Part shown: positions 1-11,726 of the stretch, piece by piece
How the letters are laid out: each line of letters begins with the position of its first letter
Numbering within the stretch: the stretch's first letter is position 1
Origin: Neoechinorhynchus agilis
Lineage: Eukaryota; Animalia; Acanthocephala
Assembly: GCA_051530055.1 (NCBI GenBank)
Contig: CM121342.1
Span: 7,050,864-7,114,863, forward strand
DNA length: 64,000 nt
Direction: 5' to 3'
Program-made: the position numbers and the translations under genes
The notes under the pieces: generated by a model
What the model was told of the DNA's origin: nothing
Database searches by the model: none
What the model saw: the letters and a program-made list of their open reading frames with translations, nothing else

Positions 1-156
1 GAATTCGTACCGTTCGCCCATCGACGTTTGTTCCGAACCCGTCGTACCAAGTTTCTATAACCAGCGGGAAATATCTGACGTGAACTAGAAACTACTGCCA
101 TTATCACCGCATCTTCTAAAAGACCCAATACATGTCCGATGGCAATCAATTTAGAC

Positions 157-539
157 CATTAATTCTCAACTGGAACACCAATAAGTTGATCTCTTTTAAT
201 CTTAGAAAACCTGGTAAAAGTAGTATTTTCCCCTTTGAAATGCTTCATCGCTTTCAAAGTACTCTAAGTTATGAAAATCTAAAAAGACAAGCGACAAAGA
301 TCAAAAAATATAAAACTTTTGTTTGAAGATGATTGAATTATTGTTTATAATGGAAAAAATAGAAGGAACTCTATTAAATCCCACAGGGCTTACGTATTAG
401 AAAAGTTTCCAGCAACCTTCACACGATATTGTGTGCCCAAATAAATGGGATTCAATAAAATTTCTTCAAATATTCCGCCATAAACGAACATTAAACCTTC
501 GCTGCGTTGGGGGGCTTCAGTAGAACATGAGAACTAATG
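157..539. mobile_element. Non-autonomous hAT (Charlie/Buster-like) MITE, 383 bp
   Basis: Identical 8-bp flanks ATTTAGAC at 149-156 and 540-547. Terminal inverted repeats CATTAATTCTCA / CATTAGTTCTCA (11/12). Excision restores the host reading frame exactly. Confidence 0.9.
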
Positions 540-1445
540 ATTTAGACAAATGAACAGATATTGGTAATCTTGCCATTATTTGACCAACAAAAGTGAGATC
601 ACCATCGGAGAAATTTGTTTTGGCGGCTAAATCTTTGTCGACAGTTAAAGCTCCAAGTTCGAATAGAGTTAAGACATTTGATAGAACTCTGCTTTTCTCT
701 GGGGGTGATATTACACCTTGAAGAATGTCCCAAGGACTTCCAAGACCGAGTAATTTTGTTTGAAGAATAACGTTCAACAATGGCGTTCGCAACATCTCTG
801 GGCGTTCTGTTTTTGGTAGAGATTCATAGAAATCTCTTGGAACAAGTCTTATGCATACACCGTTGGCAACTCTACCGGCACGACCTTTCCTCTGTTCACA
901 ATTGGATTTGGACGCCCATGTCAGTTGAAGAGATGTGAACGAATGGCACGGATCACATTGTAACTGCTTGGTCATACAACAATCGATCACATATCGAACG
1001 TCCGGTACGGTAATGGAACTTTCGGCAATATTTGTAGCCAATATGATTCGCCGCTCACGAGGATTGTGCTTCTCAAAAACGACGATCTGATCGCTAATAG
1101 CGATCTCGGAATGCAGGGGCAACACGACAAACCTTGACGACTCTGGAAAATGCTGGCTTATTTGATTGTCGATTTCAATTATTTCGCCCATTCCTGGTAG
1201 AAAAACAAGGACAGTTCCTCGAACGAAGTTCCGTGGATTTGCTTCAAATTCATCATGATCCCATTTTTCGATTAAACGCAAAGCAGCAATGACCGAACTT
1301 GCGGATAAAAATGTTGCTGACTGTTGCTCGACCCTATCAATATTTGCTGCATCGAATACAGTTAATTGTCGAACTATTGGAAAATCAAAGTCATCAGCAT
1401 AAAAAAGATTCACGTTATACAAATGTTCTGTTATATAAGTCATTC

Positions 1446-1935
1446 AATTCGTTTCTCCAAAAATCCTTTAAAAAAAGAGTTTAAAACGCATTCTAATTGA
1501 ATCGATTTCAATAAACCAATTCTTTGATGAAATCTTAGAACACTTCAGGAGAAGCAAAAAAACAGATTTGAAATATGACAATGTCCAGGCAAACGATTGA
1601 GTAGTCAAATTGGCCAATCAGCATACAAAGAAGAACCATGTTAAACAAATGTTCTGCCATAGAAAATTAATTTGATTCGTTTCTCCAAAAAATCCTTTAA
1701 TAGAGTTTAAAAACGCATTCCAATTGAATCGATTTCCATAAACCAATTCTTTGATGAAATCTTAGAACACTTTAGGAGAACTCAAAGAATAAGAGATTTG
1801 AAATATGACAATGTCCAGGCAAACGATTGAGTAGTCAAATTGGCCAATCAGCATACAAAGAAGAACCACGTTAAACAAATGTTCTGCCAAAGAAAATTAA
1901 TTTGATTCGTTTCTCCAAAAAATCCTTTAAAAAAG
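1446..1935. repeat. ~230-bp tandem duplication (2 units plus partial) in TDRD9 intron
   Basis: TTCGTTTCTCCAAAA recurs at ~1448, ~1677 and ~1907. Each unit carries a diverged copy of the downstream exon's acceptor and 5' end. Confidence 0.9.
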
Positions 1936-2864
1936 GGTTAATATTTTTTATTTTTGTTAACTAGAAATATATATCCACGAACCATTGTCTTACCCGAAAA
2001 AGAGAGTTTACGAAAATATATTTTAATCGAGACGATTTCTATTGAAATTTTTTTGACCACAAAAAAGTGTATGAAGGTAAATCGAACGACTTAATTTAAA
2101 TTTATAATTTTTGGCGACGTAATTGTGGTAAAATACGAAGCGATTTCGTGTATCTGTAAAGTTGCACTCATGATAACGACTTTAGTATGTGGCGAGACGG
2201 TATTAAGAAACCTACTAACAAGTAGAAACAAGAAATCCATTTCCTTGGTTCGATCATGAGCTTCATCGAGTACAATATGACTATACTCGTCCAGTGATCT
2301 AGCTTGGATCAGTTTTTGAAGTAGAATTCCAGTGGTACAATAGAGTAGACGAGTAGAGTTCGAAACGGTTTTATCGAGTGAAACTTGGTATCCACAAATC
2401 TGTCCAAGTGGTTGACGGCGTTGAGCCGTGACCCACTTGGCAACACTGATGGCTGCGATTCTCCTCGGTTGAGTAACGACAATGTTACACGGTCGACTAT
2501 GTTGAACGCAGTCGTCGAGAATGTATTGAGGGATTTGGGTACTCTTCCCCGATCCGGGCTGACTGCAAATGAGTGTAACGTTGTTGCCGCTAACGGCGTT
2601 AAGAATTTCGTTTCGATGAACGTACACGGGCAGACTCTTGTTGTATTGAACATCACTAAGGTTCAACAATGGAGGAGGAGGAGCAGGATGGCGTGATGAA
2701 TCCGCTTGTACTGTCGACGGTCCCCCAATGTCGTAACCGAGGTGGCTACGGATTGTGTTAACTACTCGATCAGAAACGTTGTCGGGCATTAGATCTTAAA
2801 GAAAAAGAAGTCAATTTTTTTAGCCATTGGACCAAAATCAATCGTATACGAAAATGTCGACATG

Positions 2865-4797
2865 TGAGGCGGTACCGGGGGGGGAATGTGATTATTGGAA
2901 TTATTGTTTAGAAGTCTTCATTCGCGGTGAATGATTTCCTTTCGATTAAAAAGACGTTCTGTGGACCTCGTCGGATTACCGGGTGTAGACCTAAACAATA
3001 ATTCCAAGAAATGACGATATGTGAGGTACCGGGGGAATGTGATTATTGGAATTATTGTTTAGAAGTCTTCATTCGCGGTGAATGATTTCTTTTCGATTAA
3101 AAAGACGTTCTGTGGACCTCGTCGGATTACCGGGTGTAGACCTAAACAATAATTCCAAGAAATGACGATATGTGAGGTACCGGGGGAATGTGATTATTGG
3201 AATTATTGTTTAGAAGTCTTAATTATTGTTTAGAAGTCTTCATTCGCGGTGAATGATTTCTTTTCGATTAAAAAGAAGTTCTGTGGACCTCGTTGGATTA
3301 CCGGGCGTAGACCTAAACAATAATTCAAGAAATGACGATATGTAGGGTACCGGGGGAATGTGATTATTGGAATTATTGTTTAGAAGTCTTCATTCGCGGT
3401 GAATGATTTCTTTTCGATTAAAAAGAAGTTCTGTGGACCTCGTCGGATTACCGAATTGTAGACCTAAACAATAATTCAAGAAATGACGATATGTGAGGTA
3501 CCGGGGGAATGTGATTATTGGAATTATTGTTTAGAAGTCTTCATTCGCGGTGAATGATTTCTTTTCGATTAAAGAAGTTCTGTGGACCTCGTTGGATTAC
3601 CGGGCGTAGACCTAAACAATAATTCCAAGAAATGACGATATGTGAGTACCGGGGGAATGTGATTATTTGAATTATTGTTTAGAAGTCTTCATTCGCGGTG
3701 AATGATTTCTTTTCGATTAAAAAGACGTTCTGTGGACCTCGTTGGATTACCGGGCGTAGACCTAAACAATAATTCCAAGAAATGACGATATGTGAGGTAC
3801 CGGGGGAATGTGATTATTGGAATTATTGTTCAGAAGTCTTCATTCGCGGCGAATGATTTCCTTTCGAGTAAAAAGAAGTTCTGTGGACCTCGTTGGATTA
3901 CCGGGCGTAGACCTAAACAATAATTCCAAGAAATGACGATATGTGAGGTACCGGGGGAATGTGATTATTGGAATTATTGTTTAGAAGTCTTCATTCGCGG
4001 TGAATGATTTCTTTTCGATTAAAAAGACGTTCCGTGGACATCGTCGGATTACCGGGTGTAGACCTAAACAATAATTCCAAGAAATGACGATATGTGAGGT
4101 ACCCGGGGAATGTGATTATCGGAATTATTGTTTAGAAGTCTCCATTCGCGGTGAATGATTTCTTTTCGATTAAAAAGAAGTTCTGTGGACCTCGTTGGAT
4201 TACCGGGCGTAGACCTAAACAATAATTCCAAGAAATGACGATATGTGAGGTACCGGGGGAATGTGATTATTGGAATTATTGTTTAGAAGTCTTCATTCGC
4301 GGTGAATGATTTCTTTTCGATTAAAGAAGACGTTCTGTGGACCTCGTCGGATTACTGGGTGTAGACCTAAACAATAATTCCAAGAAATGACGATATGTGA
4401 GGTACCGGGGGAATGTGATTATTGGAATTATTGTTTAGAAGTCTTCATTCGCGGTGAATGATTTCTTTTCGATTAAAAAGTCGTTCTGTGGACCTCGTCG
4501 GATTACCGGGTGTAGACCTAAACAATAATTCCAAGAAATGACGATATGTGAGGTACCGGGGGAATGTGATTATTGGAATTATTGTTTAGAAGTCTTCATT
4601 CGCGGTGAATGATTTCTTTTCGATTAAAAAGACGTTCTGTGGACCTCGTCGGATTACCGGGTGTAGACCTAAACAATAATTCCAAGAAATGACGATATGT
4701 GAGGTACCGGGGGAATGTGATTATTGGAATTATTGTTTAGAAGTCTTCATTCGCGGTAAATGATTTCTTTTCGACTAAGGACAAAATGTGGACCTCG
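2865..4797. repeat. 151-bp satellite, about 12-13 units, with an internal 17-bp inverted repeat
   Basis: CCAAGAAATG recurs at 4531 and 4682 (period 151). Each unit contains TTGGAATTATTGTTTAG and its reverse complement CTAAACAATAATTCCAA. Confidence 0.95.
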
Positions 4798-5719
4798 AAA
4801 GGGATTCATCATCTCATTCTTTTAGTGTCTTTTTACAACAAACAAACTAATGATGAACCAGTTTCGAAACCCACAGAACATTTTTAATCGAAATAATCAT
4901 TTACCGCGGTTGTAGGCGTCTAAACTATAATTTCAATCGTATACGCAAAAGAATCGTGGCCTAAAAACGTCCGAATATTCAAATGTGCGCTTTTATTACG
5001 ATTGACACGAAAGAAAATTTTTTGTGGTCTAGTCAATTTTTCTAAAATTTCCGAGTTTCGGCGTCTTATTGTTTCGTCAGGAATCTGCACGGACGCGTAG
5101 GGATGTGAAGTTTCATGGATTCCTGCAAAAGCTAAAGACGATGAAACTCTCGAAAACAAAACGAAGAGTTCCCAATTAAAAGTAGAATTTCTCAGCCTGA
5201 GAAAAGGTATCGCTCACTGAAAACGGGCTGTGTGCTGTAGTTTTTACTTCGCATCAGAAAAGCATCCGCTTGCTATTGCCATTTGTAAAAACCTATAAAT
5301 CGAGACGAGTTTTTCCGCCATGACAAACGTCGAATGAAAATTTCGGAACCGGCTTTTCCTGGAACCAAATATTCGCTGTGCCCTGTCAACGATTCAACTT
5401 CGAATCAAGGAAATTGTGCAAAGAAGGCAACCTCAGCCATCACATTAATCAGGAGATGATCGCGGGTGCAGGATTTTAAAAAAGAATTCAAAGTAACGCA
5501 ACGAAATAATCGACCCATGACCCCCAGTTGAATAATTACGGAAAATTCCGTCCTCTCACCACTATTTTGAACACCATAACTTCGAACGGAAGAAAACCAT
5601 CGATAGAAAATCCTTCGGATTAGTCAAAGTATAATTTTGGTGAAAATACTACCGGTCCTCATCAGTGATTTAAAAATTAGTTTCACACATTAAGGATTTA
5701 AGCTCGAGTACGCGGGATC

Positions 5720-6990
5720 GTCAAACTCGAAGTTCGGGGCCAATTATCCACTCGAGCCTCCTGAGCTCCTCCCGAAGATACACTAACCCATCCTGTGCTC
5801 TCTACGATCAAAAAGATGGTGTAGCCATAGGATCGCCATTAGTCCGATCTTGGCCGACATCTACATGTGGAATTGGGAGTCCACTTTCTTGGAGCTTCAT
5901 AGTCATGAAAATCGGTGACGGCGTTATGTGGACGATGTATTCATTCTGAATGATTCAAATAACAACAGAGATTCACTAAATGCTGAACTTAACAGTCAAG
6001 GTCCACACATACAGTGGACAGTCAAAGAAGTGAACATCAACGGTGAATTCTCGTTCCTGTACGTTCTTGTCAAGCGCTCATCACAAGGCAAAGTTAGCAC
6101 CTCACTTTATCGCGAAGAGAACCTACCACGGGGACCACCACCACGCTGGTAAAGTCACAAACCGATGAAGCATAAAATCTCGGCTGTCAAGTCCTACTTC
6201 CGAAAAGCATCTCTTATCTCATCTACTCGATTTGCATGGATTAGGGAAAGGATAGTACAAGAGCTGAACAAATTAATTATAGACCGGGGAATCCGAGGAT
6301 GCAACTTTCATCCGCAAAAACACCAAAAAATCGCCTCCAGAGCCTGCATGCTTCGAAAGAGTGAACTTTATTGATGATGACACGAATCAAATGATCTACT
6401 CCATTATGAGTAAGAAGGTTGGAATTCGTCTATACAATACTAAAGGAATCGCTCTCAGAAGCACATTCAAGAGGAAGGGTAAAATTGAGCCGACTCATGA
6501 GATCTATAGAATGCACTGTGAACAGTGTGATGAAGTCTACATCGGACAAACGATGCAGGGCATTAAGAAGAGGGTCTCGCAACACAAGCAAGCTTGCATT
6601 CGAGTTGAGCATTCGTCGATAATCTCTAATCATCAAGAGACATTCAAGCATCGAGCGGATTTTGGTGGCACCAACCTTATAGAAATAGAGCAAAACCTAA
6701 AAAGACGGCTTGTTTTGGAGGCCTTACACATCGCTGCGTCAAACACAATGGAAGGAAATAAAGCTAATTTTAGCTTGAAACTTTCAGCCAGCGACGTGTT
6801 AAAAATCAATGCTAAAATCAATGGGAAAAAACGAGCGGATAATTGGTCCCTTCGAACTTCGGGTTTGGCGATCCCGCGCACTCCGAAATGAAACCCAGGT
6901 ACCGGTCATTTAAAACGAAATAATTGCTCATCCGCGTTTTGGCACCGGTTAAACACTAAAGTAGAGGATACCTAAACAAATTCGTACCAG
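5720..6990 (+). mobile_element. Penelope-like retroelement, decayed 3' part (RT, thumb, GIY-YIG endonuclease)
   Basis: QKDGVAIGSPL/SPILADIYM (frameshifted), RRYVDDVFIL, and GIY-YIG motif IYRMHCEQCDEVYIGQT...KRVSQHK...LEALHI in ORF 6361-6891. Stops and frameshifts present. Confidence 0.85.
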
Positions 6991-7175
6991 TTTGGACTTC
7001 GAGGACCCTCCGCCGCTGAGGTTGCCATAAAGTTCTGTTAGTAACCGTGAACTTTAGTAGACAAAAAATCAGCGCTGGTAAAAGTAATCCATAGAAACTT
7101 TGTCAGTTTTTTTTAATTTCGTTTATCTTCTATTTCAAAAAGTTTAACTATTTGGTAAATGTTTATTGCATAGTA

Positions 7176-8070
7176 GCATATTTTTGACTATTTCATCAAC
7201 TTGTTTTTGTATGCGAAAATTTTAGAAAACATGAGCGAAAATCAGCTCCCCTCTCGTGGTTTCTTCGAATATTAGAAAAGATTCTTGTACTCCGATGCCT
7301 CGCTTCAGAATCTAGACAGAGATTTGTGTTATGTTCTCGAAGCCTCATTAAGTTGTGATCTTACGATTATTTCTCTAACATGAATTCCAATTTTCAAATT
7401 CGTAGTAAATTTTACGATCTCAAACATCAAGCCAGTTTCGAAGTTCCCTACGGTGAGTGGGTCTATTCTATGTGTGCAAACGCCTCCAAACTGCTTTATT
7501 GTTTTATAAATTTGCAAATCGATAGGATCGCTATCGAAGTCCAGGACTACCTTTTGACCGGATTTTAAAAATTCGACACTTCTTGTCGCTGTCTTTTCTT
7601 CAAAAAATCTTCTATATTACCTTAAGCTACCTTTGAAAATTAGGTCTCAACGAGAATGCACGAATTCTTCGTGTTTTTTGAAAAGTACTTGATTTTCGAA
7701 GGTTGCTGAGGTAAGATTTAGGATTTAGGACGAAGGAAAAGTGAATGTGGTTAGATTTTTTCAAAAACCGCGAATCGTAGTCCTGAACTGATGCATAGAC
7801 GACACTGAGATGATGATGTATAAAATGATGAAGTAGGCGGGAGGAGTATGAACATGTAGACGAGGTTCACTCGTTAATGGGAGTTGTAAATTATAAATTT
7901 TGAACACCATAACTTTGAACGCTATTCGAGAACACATTCAATCTCGATCAAATGCCCCATAGATGTCAAATAGGAAAAGACAAGAAGAGTTATATTTAAA
8001 GCAATGAACAGGGTCATAAATGATCGCCACAACGTTATTTTTTTCATTAAAAGTCAAAATTATTTCACTT
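7176..8070 (+). repeat. ~895-bp direct repeat, copy A
   Basis: Near-identical to 12369-13264 by visual alignment; ORFs 7329-7517 and 12522-12710 translate identically. Confidence 0.95.
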
Positions 8071-8174
8071 GGAATTTACGGTTACTATAAAAGTCGTTTA
8101 GTAGCCGTGGACCTTAATAGACAAAAAACGATGGTAAAAGTAATCCATAGAAGCTTTGTCAGTTTTTCAATTGG

Positions 8175-8705
8175 TAAAGGCACGAAATTTATTAAAATTT
8201 ATAAGTTTTGGAAGATAATGTTCTGTGGAGCCGCGATTTTCCTCACACTGGCAGCATTCCCAAGGAATGATGTCGCACGCGGGTCCTTTTTCATCACCGT
8301 CGACCTCTTTGCTATATCTGAAACCAGCTGAAGTGCGGATTCTCCGAGGGCCATGAACGTTTCGATCCCGATAGGAACAAAATGGAAGTTCTTCAGTTCA
8401 GCGTATTTTGCCGCTTTCCGACGCTCCGCTACGGTCGCTACAGCACCGGGGCCTTTGCTGGCTAAAACAGCGAAAGATTTAATCATGGTGTCGGTGCAGG
8501 TTGCATCCCATAAGAGGCACTTCCCTCGGCTCCAAGGAAAGACTGACACACCATCCGGGCGCTTACCATCAGACCTGCACAGATTGCTCGGCTCCAAGAT
8601 GTTTTTAATGTTGATGTAGGTCAAGGCTCTACTCAGGATTGCGTTGATTTCGGCATGTCTATGCGACCGTCCGGCTGACCGAATGCACATGATAGAGCAT
8701 TTAAT
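8175..8705 (-). mobile_element. CRE-like non-LTR retrotransposon, C-terminal restriction-like endonuclease (RLE) part
   Basis: SAGRSHRHAEINAILSRAL...EPSNLCRSDGKRPDG...PWSRGKCLLWDATCTDT...AERRKAAKY...FVPIGIET: the PD-(D/E)xK RLE of early-branching non-LTR elements. Confidence 0.8.
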
Positions 8706-8709
8706 TGTT

Positions 8710-11700
8710 TGGCGTCTACTTACGAGCTACAGCGACATTCGTGTGGGAAGCAGATGGGGGCACCCAATCTCAAAGAGAAAGCTATCCGGAATGTTTCTTT
8801 GTCCAAAAGAGTCCCCAACTTTTCGGTCGGGATAGCTTCCAGCCAAGCGCCGGACCGCACCCTACCAAATCTGGAAATTTTCGTTTCGCCCCTTAGAAGC
8901 GAAAAATACCTTCGACGCGCACACTACCTCACCTCTTACCGTTACCTCTTCAACTCCCAATATCCTCTTTCCCCCCCACGAGTTCATCCCGCATGCACTG
9001 TTCCCACCCTTATGGTCCCTACACTCAATTCACCCCTAACTACAGTATCCACCCACGAATTCATTACCCCCGAACTACCCCATCGGTCAACTCCCATCCC
9101 TTCTCTCCCTGCTCAGTTTCAACCCTCTCTGTCAGTGTCCTCCCCTCATGTCCCTTCTAAACATCCCTTTCCAAAATCTTTTATTCTAACATCCGCAGCA
9201 TCCTCCCCAAACTGGATGAGCTCCATATAGTTGCCTCTTTTTGCAACGCCGACATCCTGGTAATTACGGAAACATGGCTCTCACCCCATAGCAAATTATC
9301 TGCCTTCCTTCCAAACTTTCAAGCTTTTAACCTCACAAGGGACTTCCTAAACGGTGGAGTCATATCGATCTTCATCCGCGCCTCTCTCCTTTGCCATTGC
9401 TCTCCACCCTACCTTTTCATCTCCGACTATCTTAAATGGCTACACATCCAAGTTCATCTCCCTCTCCGCAATGGTCAACGTGAGATCTCTATCACTGGCC
9501 TCTATCGCCCTCCTTCCCCAAACATCCCCAACACACTTCAACAAATAGACCACCTATTTACTGACCTACTTTCCACTTCCTCGGATCACTTCATCATATT
9601 GGGCGATTTTAACAAACTGCCGATCCCGTCCTCGCTCTCTCATCTTTCCTAACTCGTTACTTTCCCCACACGCTTCTCCTTCCGCGTTGATAAAATTTCC
9701 CGAACATCAGGCAATACTCGTGCACTACCAAACTCCCCCCGATCGCCTCGTCTGACCATTGTTTTATCCCTCTCTCCCCCTCATCACCTCAAAAACGTTC
9801 CTTTTCCGACCCCTACGTTGTCTGGGATAAGCGTGATCATCATACCCAATCCTTTGCTGCATGTGTCAATTCTCTTTTCACGCAAAACCACTCTACCATC
9901 TTTGGCCCGACCCCTCGATTGCAATGGGCTCTTTGTTAATCTAATAGAATCCGCGGTGAAGGCCCCCCTTTCCTCGCAAAACAATACGAATCTAGAATCG
10001 CGACCCTCCAAGATTCTCGCCTTTTCTAAAAACCCTCCGAATGCAGGTCACCAAAGCTTTCCGGTATGGTAATCCTGCTTACCCCTCCCTCTACTCCACA
10101 CTGACAAAACGCATCCGTATAGCCCGCAAAGTATTCCTCTCATCTCGTCTCTCGACCGTTCCCAATCGAAACTGGTGGCGTTAAATAAAAAATATCGCTG
10201 GTCTTGGTAGATCCACCCCTTTCGCATCTCTCCCCAAATCTGATCTCCTCTCAATCTTCAATACTATGAATAAAAACCTCTGTCCTCCCTAAACCTCCTC
10301 TCCGTTGTCCCAACCTCCCTTCTCACTTTTGGACCCGCCCATTCATACATGTCCTTCCTTAGTTTCCCCTCTTGAAATCCTAGAAATTCTTAAACGCCTG
10401 CCCTGCCATTCTTCCCCTAATTCGACTATCCCAAATTGGGCCATTCGTTTCATCATCCCTGAACTTATCGATCCTCTAACGCGCATAACGAACCTTAGCT
10501 TTCTACTGGGCTCTTTCCCGTCCTGTCTTAAGGAAGTCCGTGTCGCCCCTACCCAATAGCGATAAGCCGATTTCCTCCACATCCCTTCGTCCCATCTCTA
10601 TCTTCTCACCTTTCTCTAAAATCTTAGAATTTTTTTTTAAAAACCGCTTACTTCCCTTCTTCCTCAAAAACATCTCCCCTTCCCAATTCGCTTTCCGTCC
10701 CAATTACTCTTGTTCTGATGCCCTCCTCTGCATCTACGATACGCTTGTGCACAGCTTAGATTCCAGTCCAGAATCAATCGTCCGTCTCGTGCAACTGGAT
10801 ATTTCCAGGGCGTTACCATGTGCTTCCTTTGGCCTCCCTACTTGGCAACTCGCTTGGATTTCCTCTTTCCTCTCCAACCGCAAACAATATATTAAATGTG
10901 GAATTTCTTGCTCCTCTTCTCTACCCATATTTAAAGGGGTCCCCCAAGGCGCCGTACTTTCCCCTCTCATCTTTGACATTTTTCCAAATGACCTTCATCC
11001 CCTCACTCCCCCTACCAAATATTTTCTTTATGCCGGTGACCTCACAGTCATTACCATCGCATCTCTCCCTCTCCACTACCATAGACGAGCACAACTATCT
11101 CATTTCCTCGCTCTCCACCCTAAACCTCTCCTTAAATTTATCTAAATCTTTTGAGCTTGTCCCCCACATTTCCAAACGCAACCTTATCCCCGCGCCTCCC
11201 TCTCCCCATCCAACGCTCCTCTTCTCTTCGAATACTGGGCGTGATTTTACAAGAAAACCTTTAATGGGATGCCCACATTTCATTTACCCTCTCAAAAGCA
11301 AACCCTCGTCTTTACCTTCTCAAACTCCTCCGGCGTCTCGGCAATATGTGGGACTTGACTCCCTCCCCTCGACGCCCACCTCCACTCCATTTTCTCCAAA
11401 AACGCCATCCGTCCACTTCAACCCCCTCCACAATTTTCTTCCCTCTTCTCTGCTCTTCCCTAGTAAACACTCGGAACCCCAACCTTTTTCATCCTCCCAT
11501 CGCTCGTACCTCCCTCAACCAAAAATCTTTCTTTCCTCAAGCCCAATCTTTCCTTAACAACCGGAGAACAAGGAAAGACTCCTAATCTGCCATTCTCCTG
11601 TAAAACTCCAAAGACAAACCCCACCTTCCTTGCCTCAACATCCGACATCCAGACACCTTCAGCAAAGATAGATGCTTGCAAGTGTATGGATCGTTCTTTT

Positions 11701-11726
11701 CTTAAATTAATAGAACGTGTTTATAT
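8710..11726 (+). mobile_element. CR1/L2-group LINE, near full-length ORF2, decayed
   Basis: APE endonuclease SNIRSILPKLDEL...DILVITETWL (~9186-9280), GGV, LGDFN. RT motifs LRPIS..SPFSKILE, QFAFRPNYS, QLDISRA, GVPQGAVLSPLIF, YAGDL (degenerate YADD). Many frameshifts and stops; strong C/T skew on the + strand. Confidence 0.85.

Larger units (their letters stand above)
1..2789 (-). pseudogene. TDRD9: TDRD9/spindle-E DExH-box RNA helicase (piRNA pathway), 5' part; disrupted by a MITE in a coding exon
   Basis: Exon ~2094-2789: GSGKSTQIPQYIL, VVTQPRRIAA, GYQVSLDK, LLQKLI, LDEAHDR, VVIMSAT. Exon 540-1427: VLVFLPG, PLHS, ATNIAESSITVPDVRYVID, LTWASKSNCEQRKGRAGRV, PEMLRTPL, DGDLTFVG. After removing 157-547 the frame resumes at 156->1 as SKLIAIGHVLGLLEDAVIMA (HA2 region). 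Motif spacing recalls TDRD9/spn-E rather than spliceosomal DEAH helicases. Identity is more certain than pseudogene status. Confidence 0.8.

Noticed and set aside
2865-4797. CRISPR-like appearance of regular repeats (also 24865-28996 and 53112-55768)
   Set aside because: Units repeat in full with no unique spacers, there are no cas genes, and the context is eukaryotic.
4920-5159. 79-aa minus ORF as a TDRD9 first exon
   Set aside because: No homology, no compatible donor found, and its end overlaps the inverted satellite remnant.
7014-7060. Possible hammerhead at the 3' end of the first Penelope (also 13705-13735 and 58100-58148)
   Set aside because: Hairpins and partial cores are present, but essential core blocks are deleted or altered; too degenerate to call.
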